From assembly GCF_000150275.1 (NCBI RefSeq), contig NW_002060952.1:1292452-1356451 (forward strand): DNA of 64,000 nucleotides, written 5' to 3'. The stretch is from Trichoplax adhaerens (lineage: Eukaryota; Animalia; Placozoa). The notes beneath the pieces were generated by a model. The model was not told the origin of the DNA. It searched no databases and was given only the letters and a program-made list of their open reading frames with translations. Position numbers and translations under genes: made by a program. Shown here in pieces: positions 1 to 10,446 of the stretch. Numbering within the stretch: position 1 is the stretch's first letter; each line of letters begins with the position of its first letter.

Positions 1-89
1 ACAGCCACTATACCATAGATCTTTCTGCGAGAATTACTATTTTATCGTTAATGTGATGCTTCCATCTTGAAATAAAATTGGTTTTGCAA

Positions 90-3000
90 GGTATCATGAA
101 GTTTATTGAATAGTTAGCCTAGCCAAAATGTTTTGATAGTTTCCGATTAGAGTCTCGCAATCTTTTATCTGCTATGATTTTAAGCTAACTATAGTGGTCC
201 GCAAATTAAATAGTCAATTGCACGAATTAATGCTATTAACTCAAATATTCGTTACTATTAGTACGATATCATTAGTAATAATTTATTTTCGTAAAATTTA
301 CATCTCTCCTTGTGATATTACCCTTTAGGTAAATTATCAAAACCCTTACTATTGCACCTATCAATTGCTGATGGAATATACTGAGCAATCTTTATTTCTC
401 GCAGCTTGCCCGATAGATTTCTATTATACCTAACATTTTCCGTACATTAATTTAACGTATTTTACAGTATGTACTGCAAGCACCATTTCCAATGAGCTAG
501 ATAGAGTCGCTGTTCATTCTCTTCATCTAGAACAAAGTAACAACAAATTTGCCATTTTTTTCATTGACATTGTGTAATCCCCGCGGTCCACCTGTTTTTA
601 ATATTTGCAATGCACTTGCCTACTATTTAAACAAAATAATGATGCCACATATTCGTAGTATAGATCAATTTGAGCATCCACTGTTCGGTCTCTTCGTAAA
701 GCAGACAGACAGTTTTTTTCAATGTCAACATTTTTTGTTTTTGAATCCAATTTTTATATCTCACCAATCAGGCGCCTAAGGAATGGTCTTATATTTGTTA
801 CAAAATCTCTTAAGATCCTTGCATATAGAAATTCTAGTGAACACTGTAGGTAATACAGCAGATGCGGTCAAATTAATTAATCCCTATCACACAAGAATCA
901 GATTAAAATTTATGATTGCGTCTTGATCCTGCTTTATTTGTGTACTTATTATTCTCTCATCAAGATAAACTCAATGGGTAGGATTGATAACGACTATGGA
1001 AGGAATTAAGAAGTTGTATCATTTTGACACAAATATATTTTAATATTATCTGAGCCTCCTATGCTACCATTTCGGTCTCGATTATTTCATACTTTTTGAT
1101 TCTAACGTTGATATCAACTATCGTCTGGATTATTAATATTATAGTCAGTAATATTCAATGCATTAAAAAAACAAAGAGAAAAGAAAGATTTATAAGCCGT
1201 CTGAAATAACCACGGGATAAGTTATTCATTATAAATTCAACTTCAAATGATGAAGGGAAAAATACTCCTTGACTTAAATAATCACTTTATATACAGGATA
1301 GGATTCACTTGGTGGCTAATAATATTTACTTATTGCTAGCGTGTATATAAAACACAGTTTACTGTATATTAAAGTATAGCAATATTGAAATCTTATATTG
1401 TATACGAGTTTCTTAAAATATCAATAATTGCAAAGTTGTCAATGATCAGATGGCTTTAATAATATTGTAAATTGTACATAAGGCTAAGTAAAATGCATCA
1501 AAAGATAACATTGGATGATTTAATTCTAAGTCAACATTCTTAAAGCCATCCACGATTAATCAATAGTAGATATTAATACAATGCCTGAATCCAAAATGGA
1601 ATCAATAGGACGATAAAGAAAAAAATAAAATGATAAATGATAAATGATTCGCCATCAAGTACAAAGTTAAAAGGGGCTTATGACTGGCATTTTAAGACTA
1701 AAGATAAGTAAGCCAGGATACTGATGGTATTCTGTACGATACGCAAAACAACATTGCCTACGGTAGCGTTTTCACAATATCCTGAAGAAAATTTAATTCA
1801 GTAAAGAATCCAATCGATACTATAAAATGCATCGATTGCACTATAGCTAAGGTAATAGCGATCAACATTTAGCTTCTACCAACAAACAAAAGATGTATCA
1901 AAAATTAAAGCGATTTTCAACCAGATAACCTTAATTATAGCAATGGCGAATTAGAAGCAGTAATGTAGTGTGCATTTATCCTGTAAGTCATTCGAGTACA
2001 CTGTACCTTCATAAAAAGGTACTCATCGATTATCGCTATGTATCTTCAAAGAGAAATCAAATGAAGAAAAAGAGAACGCATGATAACATAACATCCTACT
2101 AATGTGTAAGTTTACCATGAATTAGGAATACTTCGAGAAATTGGCAAGCCGAAAAAGCAATCAATCCTCACGTAGAGCATATAAAGTACGAGTAATCAAT
2201 TCCGAAAATGACAGCTTCTATACGTTTATCAGTAAGATGATTGTCGTGGGTACACTGCAAACCCTGAGATAGCAAATAATTAATTATTGGTAATTTGGAT
2301 TTGTCGAAATCTCATTTATCAATGGCGCTGATTACAAATGATAGGATGATCAGGCTTATGTACATGATCACCATCTCCGTTAACGATGATTGACCATCAC
2401 GATAAATCATCTAATTATAAAATCTTATAACGCAATTGACCATATACCAATACTTGTATTTAGAATAGACAATGCATACTAGAACTTGTACAGTAGGAAT
2501 AATACTCCAACAAAGGCCATTACAGTCTCCTTTATTTCAATTAATAAGAGGATGATGGCGATATCGAGAACTTTACTACATGAATGACGAATGACTCATT
2601 AATTATATAATTATCGAAGGAGAAAGAAATGTTGCTTCGTGATGGAAGTGATGCGATGAAATTCTTCAATTTTTCTTCAAATACTTGTCGTTGACTATAG
2701 AATAGTGCACAGGCTATTGTATATTTCAATTTTAAAATGAAAATGATAGACCATTTGCGTGAATAAAAATCGAGCTCTAGCCCTAGTTATGATATTACAA
2801 ATGTGTAGATTCATTGAATGGGTTCAACGATACACGATATTTACCGTGGGGACTGACTGTTTCATAAAGAAAGCTATATCTATCTTAGATCTGGTCAAGC
2901 TAATCCAAATTACTAGTCATGATAATTGCTGTAATAAGCTAAGCGAATTTAGTTGATATCATACTATACGCCGCAGTCCCGTCATCCTTATGCATTTCAT

Positions 3001-3555
3001 TCATCCAACAAATAACTACACTGTGTTTATTTAATCTAATACCAGTCGTCAAAATTGTTCCTATCTTTCGATCTAATTCTGTCTATTTCAATAATGATCT
3101 AATCATCATGATTAACGTCGAAAGTTCATTTGTAGTGTTATCACTGACTACATATAGTGAAAAGAAACTGAAGAAATCAAATGGCAAATAGTTAAACTGA
3201 AAAGCATGAACAAAAATTAAAATAATTGCAGTTATCATCTGCTAGATAATTATTGGTTTGATGACGGAAAGAATTTCAGTCAGATGGTCAAAATAAATTG
3301 GTAAAAAAAAATAAATAAAAATCAAAGTTATGAGCAAGATATTGTAGTATTACTTCACTTACCACTTTGGTATTTCAAGATTAAATAAGCAATCTTCCAG
3401 ATGTTATCTAAACCGATGGTGTAACCTAAAACTGTCAAGACCATTTCTCGTGGTATTCTCCATGTTGTTCGAACTGCCGAGGTAGCATCTTTGGCTTTAA
3501 CAAAACTAGTAATAGATAATGAATTAAGTCGTTCTTGACTTCGATCGTAAGCCAT
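90..3555 (-). pseudogene. Decayed SLC6 (neurotransmitter:sodium symporter) family gene, multi-exon
   Basis: Exon 1 carries an SLC6 TM1-like motif. Collinear remnants follow on the minus strand: GDCNGLCWSII (~2500-2530, before TM4); ST*GLIAFSA (TM6, TGA at 2168-2170, then frameshift to PNSW/INA); YPGLLIF...FF..IDSILDSG (EL4/TM8, ~1570-1725); HWKWCLQY (TM11, ~470-500). Many stops and frameshifts. The 3' limit is approximate. Confidence 0.65.
3363..3555 (-). CDS. Intact first coding exon of the SLC6-like locus (N-terminus plus TM1)
   Basis: MAYDRSQ...RTTWRIPREMVLTVLGYTIGLDNIWKIAYLILKYQSG aligns to the SLC6 consensus R-x-T-W...L.S.IG.AVGLGNVWRFPYLCYKNGG. Strong donor G|GTAAGT at 3362. Confidence 0.75.
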
Positions 3556-5544
3556 AGAATCGCAGTATAAGTGGGTAGAAAATAGTTGGAAGCTGAATAT
3601 TGTCGGTTGATTAATTATCTAACTGACTGCTAACGAACAGTGGGACAAATGCAATGGCTTGGTGGTACAGCAATTGGATGAAAACCGTCAATAATGATAT
3701 TGTTGTCAAGAGTAGATACGTGTCTCGCAAGTAATTAGAAGCAACTTTAATTTGGATAATTTTCACTCTGATGCTTACAGTATATCGTTGATTCGCCAAT
3801 ATTGAGCCAAAACTAAGAGAAATTTTCGTATGTGTATAACTCAAGCCAATAATAATGATTGATCGATGCAACTATAAAAGAAAGCAACACAGCAATACAA
3901 TACGGTCAATTTCTTCTCCAGCCTACTAGGCAAGCACCGGGCAAGTAACGATCGTGAATAAATAAAAAGTAGAGATTGATTCTATTTACTGTATTAATAC
4001 GGTATACGTATTGTTGTACAACAATATTTCAAGTTGAGAGATAGATACAGGAGAAGGGAAGAGTCATTGAGAATTTCTGCAATCAAAAAAAAAGTACACA
4101 CATTTGTATCACGATAAATACGTCTACCGTATTCTGTAACTATGCCAGTGTTGATAGCAATAGGACTATTTGATGTCTAATATTTCTTGCAAAGCGTCGT
4201 AATGTCTAGTGTGGCTTGTGTACAAGATGTCATTCGACAGTAGAATAACGTGTATTATATTATTGGATGAGATGTAAATGGACTTTTTGAAATCAATTGA
4301 GTCCTGTCTTGAATTTGTATAAGGATCAATCGAGTTAACGCTATTGGTTTTTTTTGCACCTTTCTGTCTTATTCTTTCTTATTGACTGTTCTATCTTATT
4401 GGCAGCTGGATGATTGAAGATTAATAATGAAGATTGAATAGTTTCTACATAAGACTTTAATAATCAGTCAATTGATCCATTCTATTTGTTGGCCATTTTA
4501 CTTAAAGGATGTCCTAGTAAAAGCACCACCAATACTACCAAGATTGAATTGCAAATGTTCCTATACTAGCAAATTACTTGTTGTCAAAATAATAGCCTAT
4601 AGTCCGTAATATAGTAGTTGGAATGAAGAGAATGACGATTTCAATCCAAACCAATAAAAGACAAAAAAAAATTTTCAATACCTTTGGATGTTTCCTTCTA
4701 CCACTCTCTCACTTTTCTTATTTTACTTTCTTTTCTTTTTTTTTTGTTATCTATGTCTATTTTCACTTCTTTTCATTCAACCATGATTATAATAATTATA
4801 TTTTAGATAGACCTTTTCAATATAAGCCAAGTGTGTTTATGGTTTCGATATGTAGAGAATAACACCTAGCGTCTACAACATCAGCTCAATATTTCCCTCT
4901 TTGCTGCTTCTTCTAGTTCTACCTGGTTCTACTCATAATGAAGAAGAATTGTTGTTATCAGTATCTAATATTTTTTCTCATCTTATTGTTCACGTATTAT
5001 CAATAATATTATTATTCATTTTATTATCTTTTATAAACTTCTATGTGGGCAGCATGCATTCATTGTGTGCTAGTATACCGCACAGTATCGTATTACACTC
5101 AATTCCATAAAGGTAAAAGTTTTTTTTGGGGGGGGGGGGGGGTACCTTTATGGTCAATACCTTTTCTTTTCATTGATCTCTGTGCAAGCACTTTGCTCTT
5201 GAGTTTTGACTTAAAATCGACTGTACCTTGCGATACTCTATCATACTACAGTCCAGGCAAAAACTACTGGACTAGGTACGTCAAAGAAAACTGAAATTGA
5301 CAATCTTTACCGTGCATTTGAAAAGAAAAACGACGATCGAGCTTGTTTTGCATCAAGTTGATTCCTTTTTCTTACCCTTCCTGGTATTCACAGACAACTC
5401 TAGTACAAAAAAGCGAGAGAGGAACTCGCGTACACACTAGCTGATAAGCCCGTTTTTAGCTTGTAGCATGATACATGTACATTGTAGAATTGTACACTAT
5501 TGGCATAGTGGCGTGTTTTATTGGATTTGTTTAATGTAAATAGT

Positions 5545-6580
5545 AAAAATTACTATATTACTATAACAACTACCAATCCACGCCTGTAAGATCTCTCTTA
5601 CTTCACTTCACTTATATTGGATCCATTTGCTAGAATAAGCATTTCTAACTTGAGTATTACTCAGCTAGTTCATACTGAAGGAACCTTAAAATTGACGCGG
5701 CGCTACAACGCCTAATCCAAAATACTAATCATGATGGAACTTGCTATATAAAAATTACGAGCCGTAGTGTGCACTATTTTCGATCCCCAAAATTGCACTA
5801 TTGAGTGTACTAAAAACTACTAAATTACTATAAAAACTGTGAATCCACGCCTGTAAGATCTCTCTTACTTCACTTCACTTATATTAGATCCATTTACTAG
5901 AATAAGGACTGCTATTTAGAATATTAGTCAGCTAGTTCATACTGAAGAAATCTTAAAATTGACGCGGCGCTACAACGCCTAATCCAAAATACTAATCATG
6001 ATGGAACTTGCGATTTAAAAATCACGAACCGTACTGCATTTTCGATCCCAAAATTACACTATTGAATTTACTAAAAATTACTAAATTACTATGAAAACTA
6101 CGAATCAACGCCTGTAAGATCTCTCTGACTTCACTTATATTGGATCTCTTTGCTAGAATAAGGACTGCTATTTAGAGTATTAGTCAGCTAGTTCATACAG
6201 AAGAAATCTTCAAATTGACGCGGCGTTACAACGCCTAATCCAAAATATTAATCATGATGGAATTTGCGATATAAAAATCACGAACCGTACTGCATTTTCG
6301 ATCCCAAAATTGCACTATTGAATTTACTAAAAATTACTAAATTACTATGAAAACTGCGAATCAACGCCTGTAAGATCTCTCTGACTTCACTTATATTGGA
6401 TCTCTTTGCTAGAATTACGACTTCTAACTAGAGTATTACTCAGCTAGTTCATACAGAAGGAATCTTCAAATTGACGCGGCGCTACAGCGCCTAATCCAAA
6501 ATACCAAACATGATGGATTTTACTATATAAAAATCAGCAACCGCGGTGTATTTTCGATTTCAAAAATTGCACTATTGAAT
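5545..6580. repeat. Tandem array of 4 units of ~260 bp, rich in palindromes
   Basis: Anchor CGCCTGTAAGATCTCTCT recurs at 5581, 5848, 6109 and 6365 (periods 267, 261, 256). Units align along their whole length. Confidence 0.95.
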
Positions 6581-6608
6581 AATGAATGTCCACTTGTACA
6601 ATGTCAAG

Positions 6609-7021
6609 GACTACTACAAGAATACCTAGGCTAGACTGGACTGAACACTCCTTTGGATGGACGATACTTGGCCAATTTGGGTCGACAAATTATGTCAACA
6701 CTTCATTATGGTAACTACCAGTACATTACTTTGCAGTAATATTCAGACAGTCGATTCTGAATGGACGGATTTTTTCTAAATTAAGTAATCTTATATTGTA
6801 TTCCATTGCCTATTACTAAGCTCTGCTTGGAAGCAGTCGCTTTCGATCATCAATGTTATTTAAATTAAATTAGTTCGAGTGATTTAGAGAACAGTCACCG
6901 AAGATCCATACTGATAGTGAGTAACTATTTTTCGACATTTTGGGCCGTGTTTGGTATAAAAAAAAATCCGTCTGTCTGAGGAGAGTGTTCACTGTCCAGT
7001 CCAGGTATATTTCGAGTGGTC
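6609..7021. mobile_element. Degenerate MITE-like element with ~55-bp imperfect terminal inverted repeats
   Basis: The left end ATACCTAGGCTAGACTGGACTGAACACTC...GGACG matches the reverse complement of the right end (ATACCTGGACTGGACAGTGAACACTC...AGACG), mostly differing by transitions. No clear TSD. Confidence 0.4.
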
Positions 7022-7026
7022 TGGTA

Positions 7027-7095
7027 TACAGTACAGTACAAAGTTATCATTATTACAGTACTGTACCATACTGTACACTACAGTACAGTACTGTT
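7027..7095. repeat. Low-complexity TACAG/TACTG repeat
   Basis: tacagtacagtaca...tacagtactgtaccatactgtacactacagtacagtactg. Confidence 0.7.
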
Positions 7096-7364
7096 CCAAC
7101 GTCGGGTCAAAGCTTTTCCTGCAGGTTGGTTGCAGACGGCAAGGCCAAAAACTCTGCTGTGGAGATATTAAAAATTATTTTATTTTTTATACGTACACTT
7201 GTTAGGGAGCCATGCTCCGAAATATTAATTGCTATGTTAATTAAAATATCTCATTTAAGTTATTGTTTGCTCCAGCAGCTTATTAGATTAATCTTACGTT
7301 TTTCTTTAGTACATTTTACGATTAAGATTCACCAAAATAAAGTGAAGTATTTAAACCTATTACT

Positions 7365-8099
7365 CATGAGTAGCTTATTTGTGTAGCTGAGAGTTAGTTC
7401 AACTACGATAGGTCCCTGTAATGTAACTTAGTATTATGATTGTAGACTGTTAGCCATGTGTAGTATAATGTACAGTAGATATTTATCCTAAGAGATATTT
7501 GGTAGCTATAACTATAGACTGTAGTGGTAGAGACTTTATGCTAGAGTACAGATGACTATATACAGTAAGCTGTTGAGTTACTAATATGGCTGTAGGTAAA
7601 AATAGAACTGTAAATCATATATTAGGATACGGTTAATTCATTGTACTTTGGCTGGTGTGAATAATGTCTACGTAAGTACTGTAGTCGTATCCATATTGGA
7701 TTAATGATGGTCCGCAGTAGAATAGTCTTACTAAGAATAATTTAACTGTGTGTAAAATAAGGTAAAAGGTTGCCATGCGGATTGTAGCTGCGAATGCTAC
7801 GGAAAGTATAAAAGCATGCAACTTTAGATTATTCTATTAGTTCGTTGTAGAAGTCTTTAGTAGTAGTATTCGGCTAAAGTAGAGCTGTGTGTAGTTGATC
7901 TTTGTATAAGATTGAATAAAGCCCTTATTTTTCTAAAATTTGGAATTTTGTGATTGGTATATATCACAGTCCCTAAGTTAGTTGGGAACACGAGCACTAG
8001 TGAAGATAGTCATGAGTAGCTTATTTGTGTAGCTGAGAGTTAGTTCAACTACGATAGGTCCCTAAGTTAGTTGGGAACACGATTACTAGTGAAGATAGT
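7365..8099. repeat. 89-bp tandem duplication; first copy split by the solo LTR
   Basis: Copy 1 = 7365-7416 plus 7974-8010. Copy 2 = 8011-8099, uninterrupted, with a single GTCCC. Confidence 0.92.
7417..7968 (+). mobile_element. Solo LTR, family A (552 bp)
   Basis: TGTAAT...ATCACA termini and perfect 5-bp TSD GTCCC (7412-7416, 7969-7973). TATAAAA at 7807 and AATAAA at 7915 set the orientation. A near-identical copy lies at 43394-43943. Confidence 0.92.
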
Positions 8100-8254
8100 G
8101 TTTAAGACTCGGTTTCTTGTTACAAAGGAGATTTGTAACAACACTGTACAGTATCTCTATCGGATAGACTAAAAATTCGAACCAGTTTAGTAATTAAATT
8201 ATCCACACGGACCACGTCAGCAATATCATACTAGAATAACTGCATTACAACAAT

Positions 8255-8625
8255 ATGCACCATCTGTACGACTGCATGCAACAAATGGCTTTTCTTACCC
8301 CTATGGCTAAACCAAATATACAAAGTTTGCAAAGTGACAACAGTAGTATACAGTAAGGCCCAGCCATATCAACATCGATATTTTCTTTACTGCTGCATGC
8401 AACAAATGTGTTTTCTACCACTATGGCTAAAACTCAATGTACAAAGTTTGCAAAGAATTCTATGCAAAATGACGACAGTCGTACACAGTAGGGTCCAGCC
8501 AATATCAACATCGACATCTTCTGTACTACTGCATGCAATGAATGGGTTTCTCACCACTATGGCTAGACCAAATATACAAAATTTGCAAAAATGACAACTG
8601 TAGTATACAGTAGGGCCCATAATAT
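8255..8625. repeat. Tandem repeat, 3 units of ~120-135 bp
   Basis: CTGCATGCAA...CTATGGCTA...TTTGCAAA...ACAGTA recurs at ~8272, 8393 and 8529. Confidence 0.9.
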
Positions 8626-9967
8626 TTAGCATGGTTTACCACCATGTAACAAAATTCAATCCAGTAAACGTAATTTAATAGTTTTGTTAAATTTATTGGG
8701 AGCCTGTAATGGTTTGCATAGAATAAAGTAGGTTAGTGCTGCGGAAAATAAGAACGAACAATTACAGAAAGGTCTCTTTTTATATGCAATCAACTGAAAG
8801 ATATTCTACCTCCTTACAAGAAACTACAACTTCCTAATTAGAGTAATAGCAGCAACATTTTACATGTTCCTTTGCATTTCAACTTCTTTATTAAATGATC
8901 AGCTATGCAATTTAGTCAGTACGTGATAATATATTATTACATACAAAGTAATTTAAGTCATCCATACTTACTAGTACATATTATCGTGTTAATCGTCAAG
9001 ATATGAAGATTCCTTTTTAGTTCGTTAGTCGGTTAGATAGTCAACTAGTTTTCAATTGATATTTAATTGTGAAGACTATAATCTTGGGTGCCAAGATTCC
9101 TTCAGTAATAAATGATAGTAAATCTCTGACTATCTCGTCTACATCATCTGTGACGCTATAATTATACCATAGTATTCGGTTGTTGGAACTGAATTAGTTG
9201 GTGATATAGCTAATCTCGCCTCTTTAAGTTAGTAAGTGGCGTTCTCCGCAAGGATTGGCGTGTGTAGACTACTTTGTCACTAGTGGTATGTGACAGTTGT
9301 GTTAGTATAAAAATCTACGAAATTAAAGTATTTCACTTTGTTATACCTTGAAGTATTTATTCGAGACACAAATGGAGCTTAGTAGTTTGGTAGATCGCAA
9401 CAGTCTGATTTGCTTTTGTTCCGTGCAATAACGGTCAAATTTAGAGCTGCAGTGGCAGTTACAGTTTTTGTATTATGAAAGTAAAGTAATAATTATACAG
9501 TAGATCAAAAGTCAGATCGTTTTCTGATCTTGGCTGATCTCATGTTAAATGCACACTCTATTGTATTTTAAAGTAGAGCACAAAATTAAACAATTTTTAG
9601 GTCTATGATATACGACAGCAATATCGTTTGTAGCTGCTCGCAAATATAGATTGATAGTAGTCACGAAAGTAATCTTCGTGACGTATACTTTATTTCTATG
9701 CTAAGTTCTATATATGTTTATATCTCAGAGATGTTTTACGGTCTCCTTAATTGTAATTTTAGTGGTTAAGGGTTAACAGTTAATATCCTTAATTTAGGAT
9801 TATATAGGCTAAAATAGTAATTGTCAACAAGCTAAACTGGATTGTATCTATCACCTCCAAGCTTCTTAAGGTACAAAGTACAATTCCTAAGTTCAGAGGA
9901 AATGTCTTAGTAGGATAGCTTTATATGTATCTGTTAAACTATTAATAAGCATTGATTATTTTAATAC

Positions 9968-10446
9968 TGTTACAGTAAATTTAATAGGATTAGACTGTAT
10001 CTAATCTGTACGGATAGAATCTCTTTGAGTATTAATTTGGTTAATTTCTAATAGACGAGGTGATAGGTGTAGCTAAACCGGTTTTAGGTTCGAAATCTGT
10101 ATAAACGGCGAGTTCGCCGACAATAAATTAGGTCTGCCTGTGTTAAACTCTATCTGCCTTGAAATACCAATTGTCTGATATTCTAAATAACAGTAGTAAA
10201 GGATAGAAATCACTCTCTCAATCCCTGTTGCAAGTTAGGGCTATTACTAGCTCGTAAGACACAGTAGGTATAAAAGCGGGTTACTTTTTATAATAAAGAG
10301 AGTTCGTTATTTTATCGTTTACGCGCAAGGAAACCGTTCATATTATTTCTTCCGCGAAACTTACGGAAGAAGGTTATAGTTGTCGCCGAGAACTGATCTT
10401 GATTTGTGATTTGAGATCAAATAATAATCTTATTTCTAAAGTAACA
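9968..10446 (+). mobile_element. Possible older solo LTR (479 bp)
   Basis: TGTTAC...GTAACA perfect 6-bp terminal inverted repeat, TATAAAA at 10269 and AATAAA at 10292. Flanks AATAC/CATAA match only 3/5, so the TSD is not convincing. Confidence 0.4.

Noticed and set aside
5579-5590. CACGCCTGTAA resembling the Alu left arm
   Set aside because: Only 11 nt match and there is no further Alu/7SL similarity.
5545-6580. Tandem arrays as CRISPR or C/D snoRNA clusters (also 60526-61015)
   Set aside because: There are no unique spacers and the context is eukaryotic. ATGATG motifs lack a full C box and a matching CTGA D box with terminal stem.
6940-7386. 148-aa ORF and other 60-110-aa ORFs in intergenic DNA
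   Set aside because: Low-complexity or repeat-derived, often with non-ATG starts, and with no recognisable domain or splice context.
7633-7821. 62-aa ORF MHAFILSVAF..., repeated at 43539-43727
   Set aside because: It lies inside the solo LTR, antisense to its promoter. The duplication reflects the repeat, not a gene family.
9149-9385. TGTGAC...CA followed by TGG as a 5' LTR plus primer-binding site
   Set aside because: No convincing tRNA complementarity, no gag-pol remnant and no partner LTR.
10066-10098. tRNA-like A box (TAGCTAAACCGG) and B box (GGTTCGAAATC)
   Set aside because: The boxes are only a few nt apart and there is no cloverleaf.
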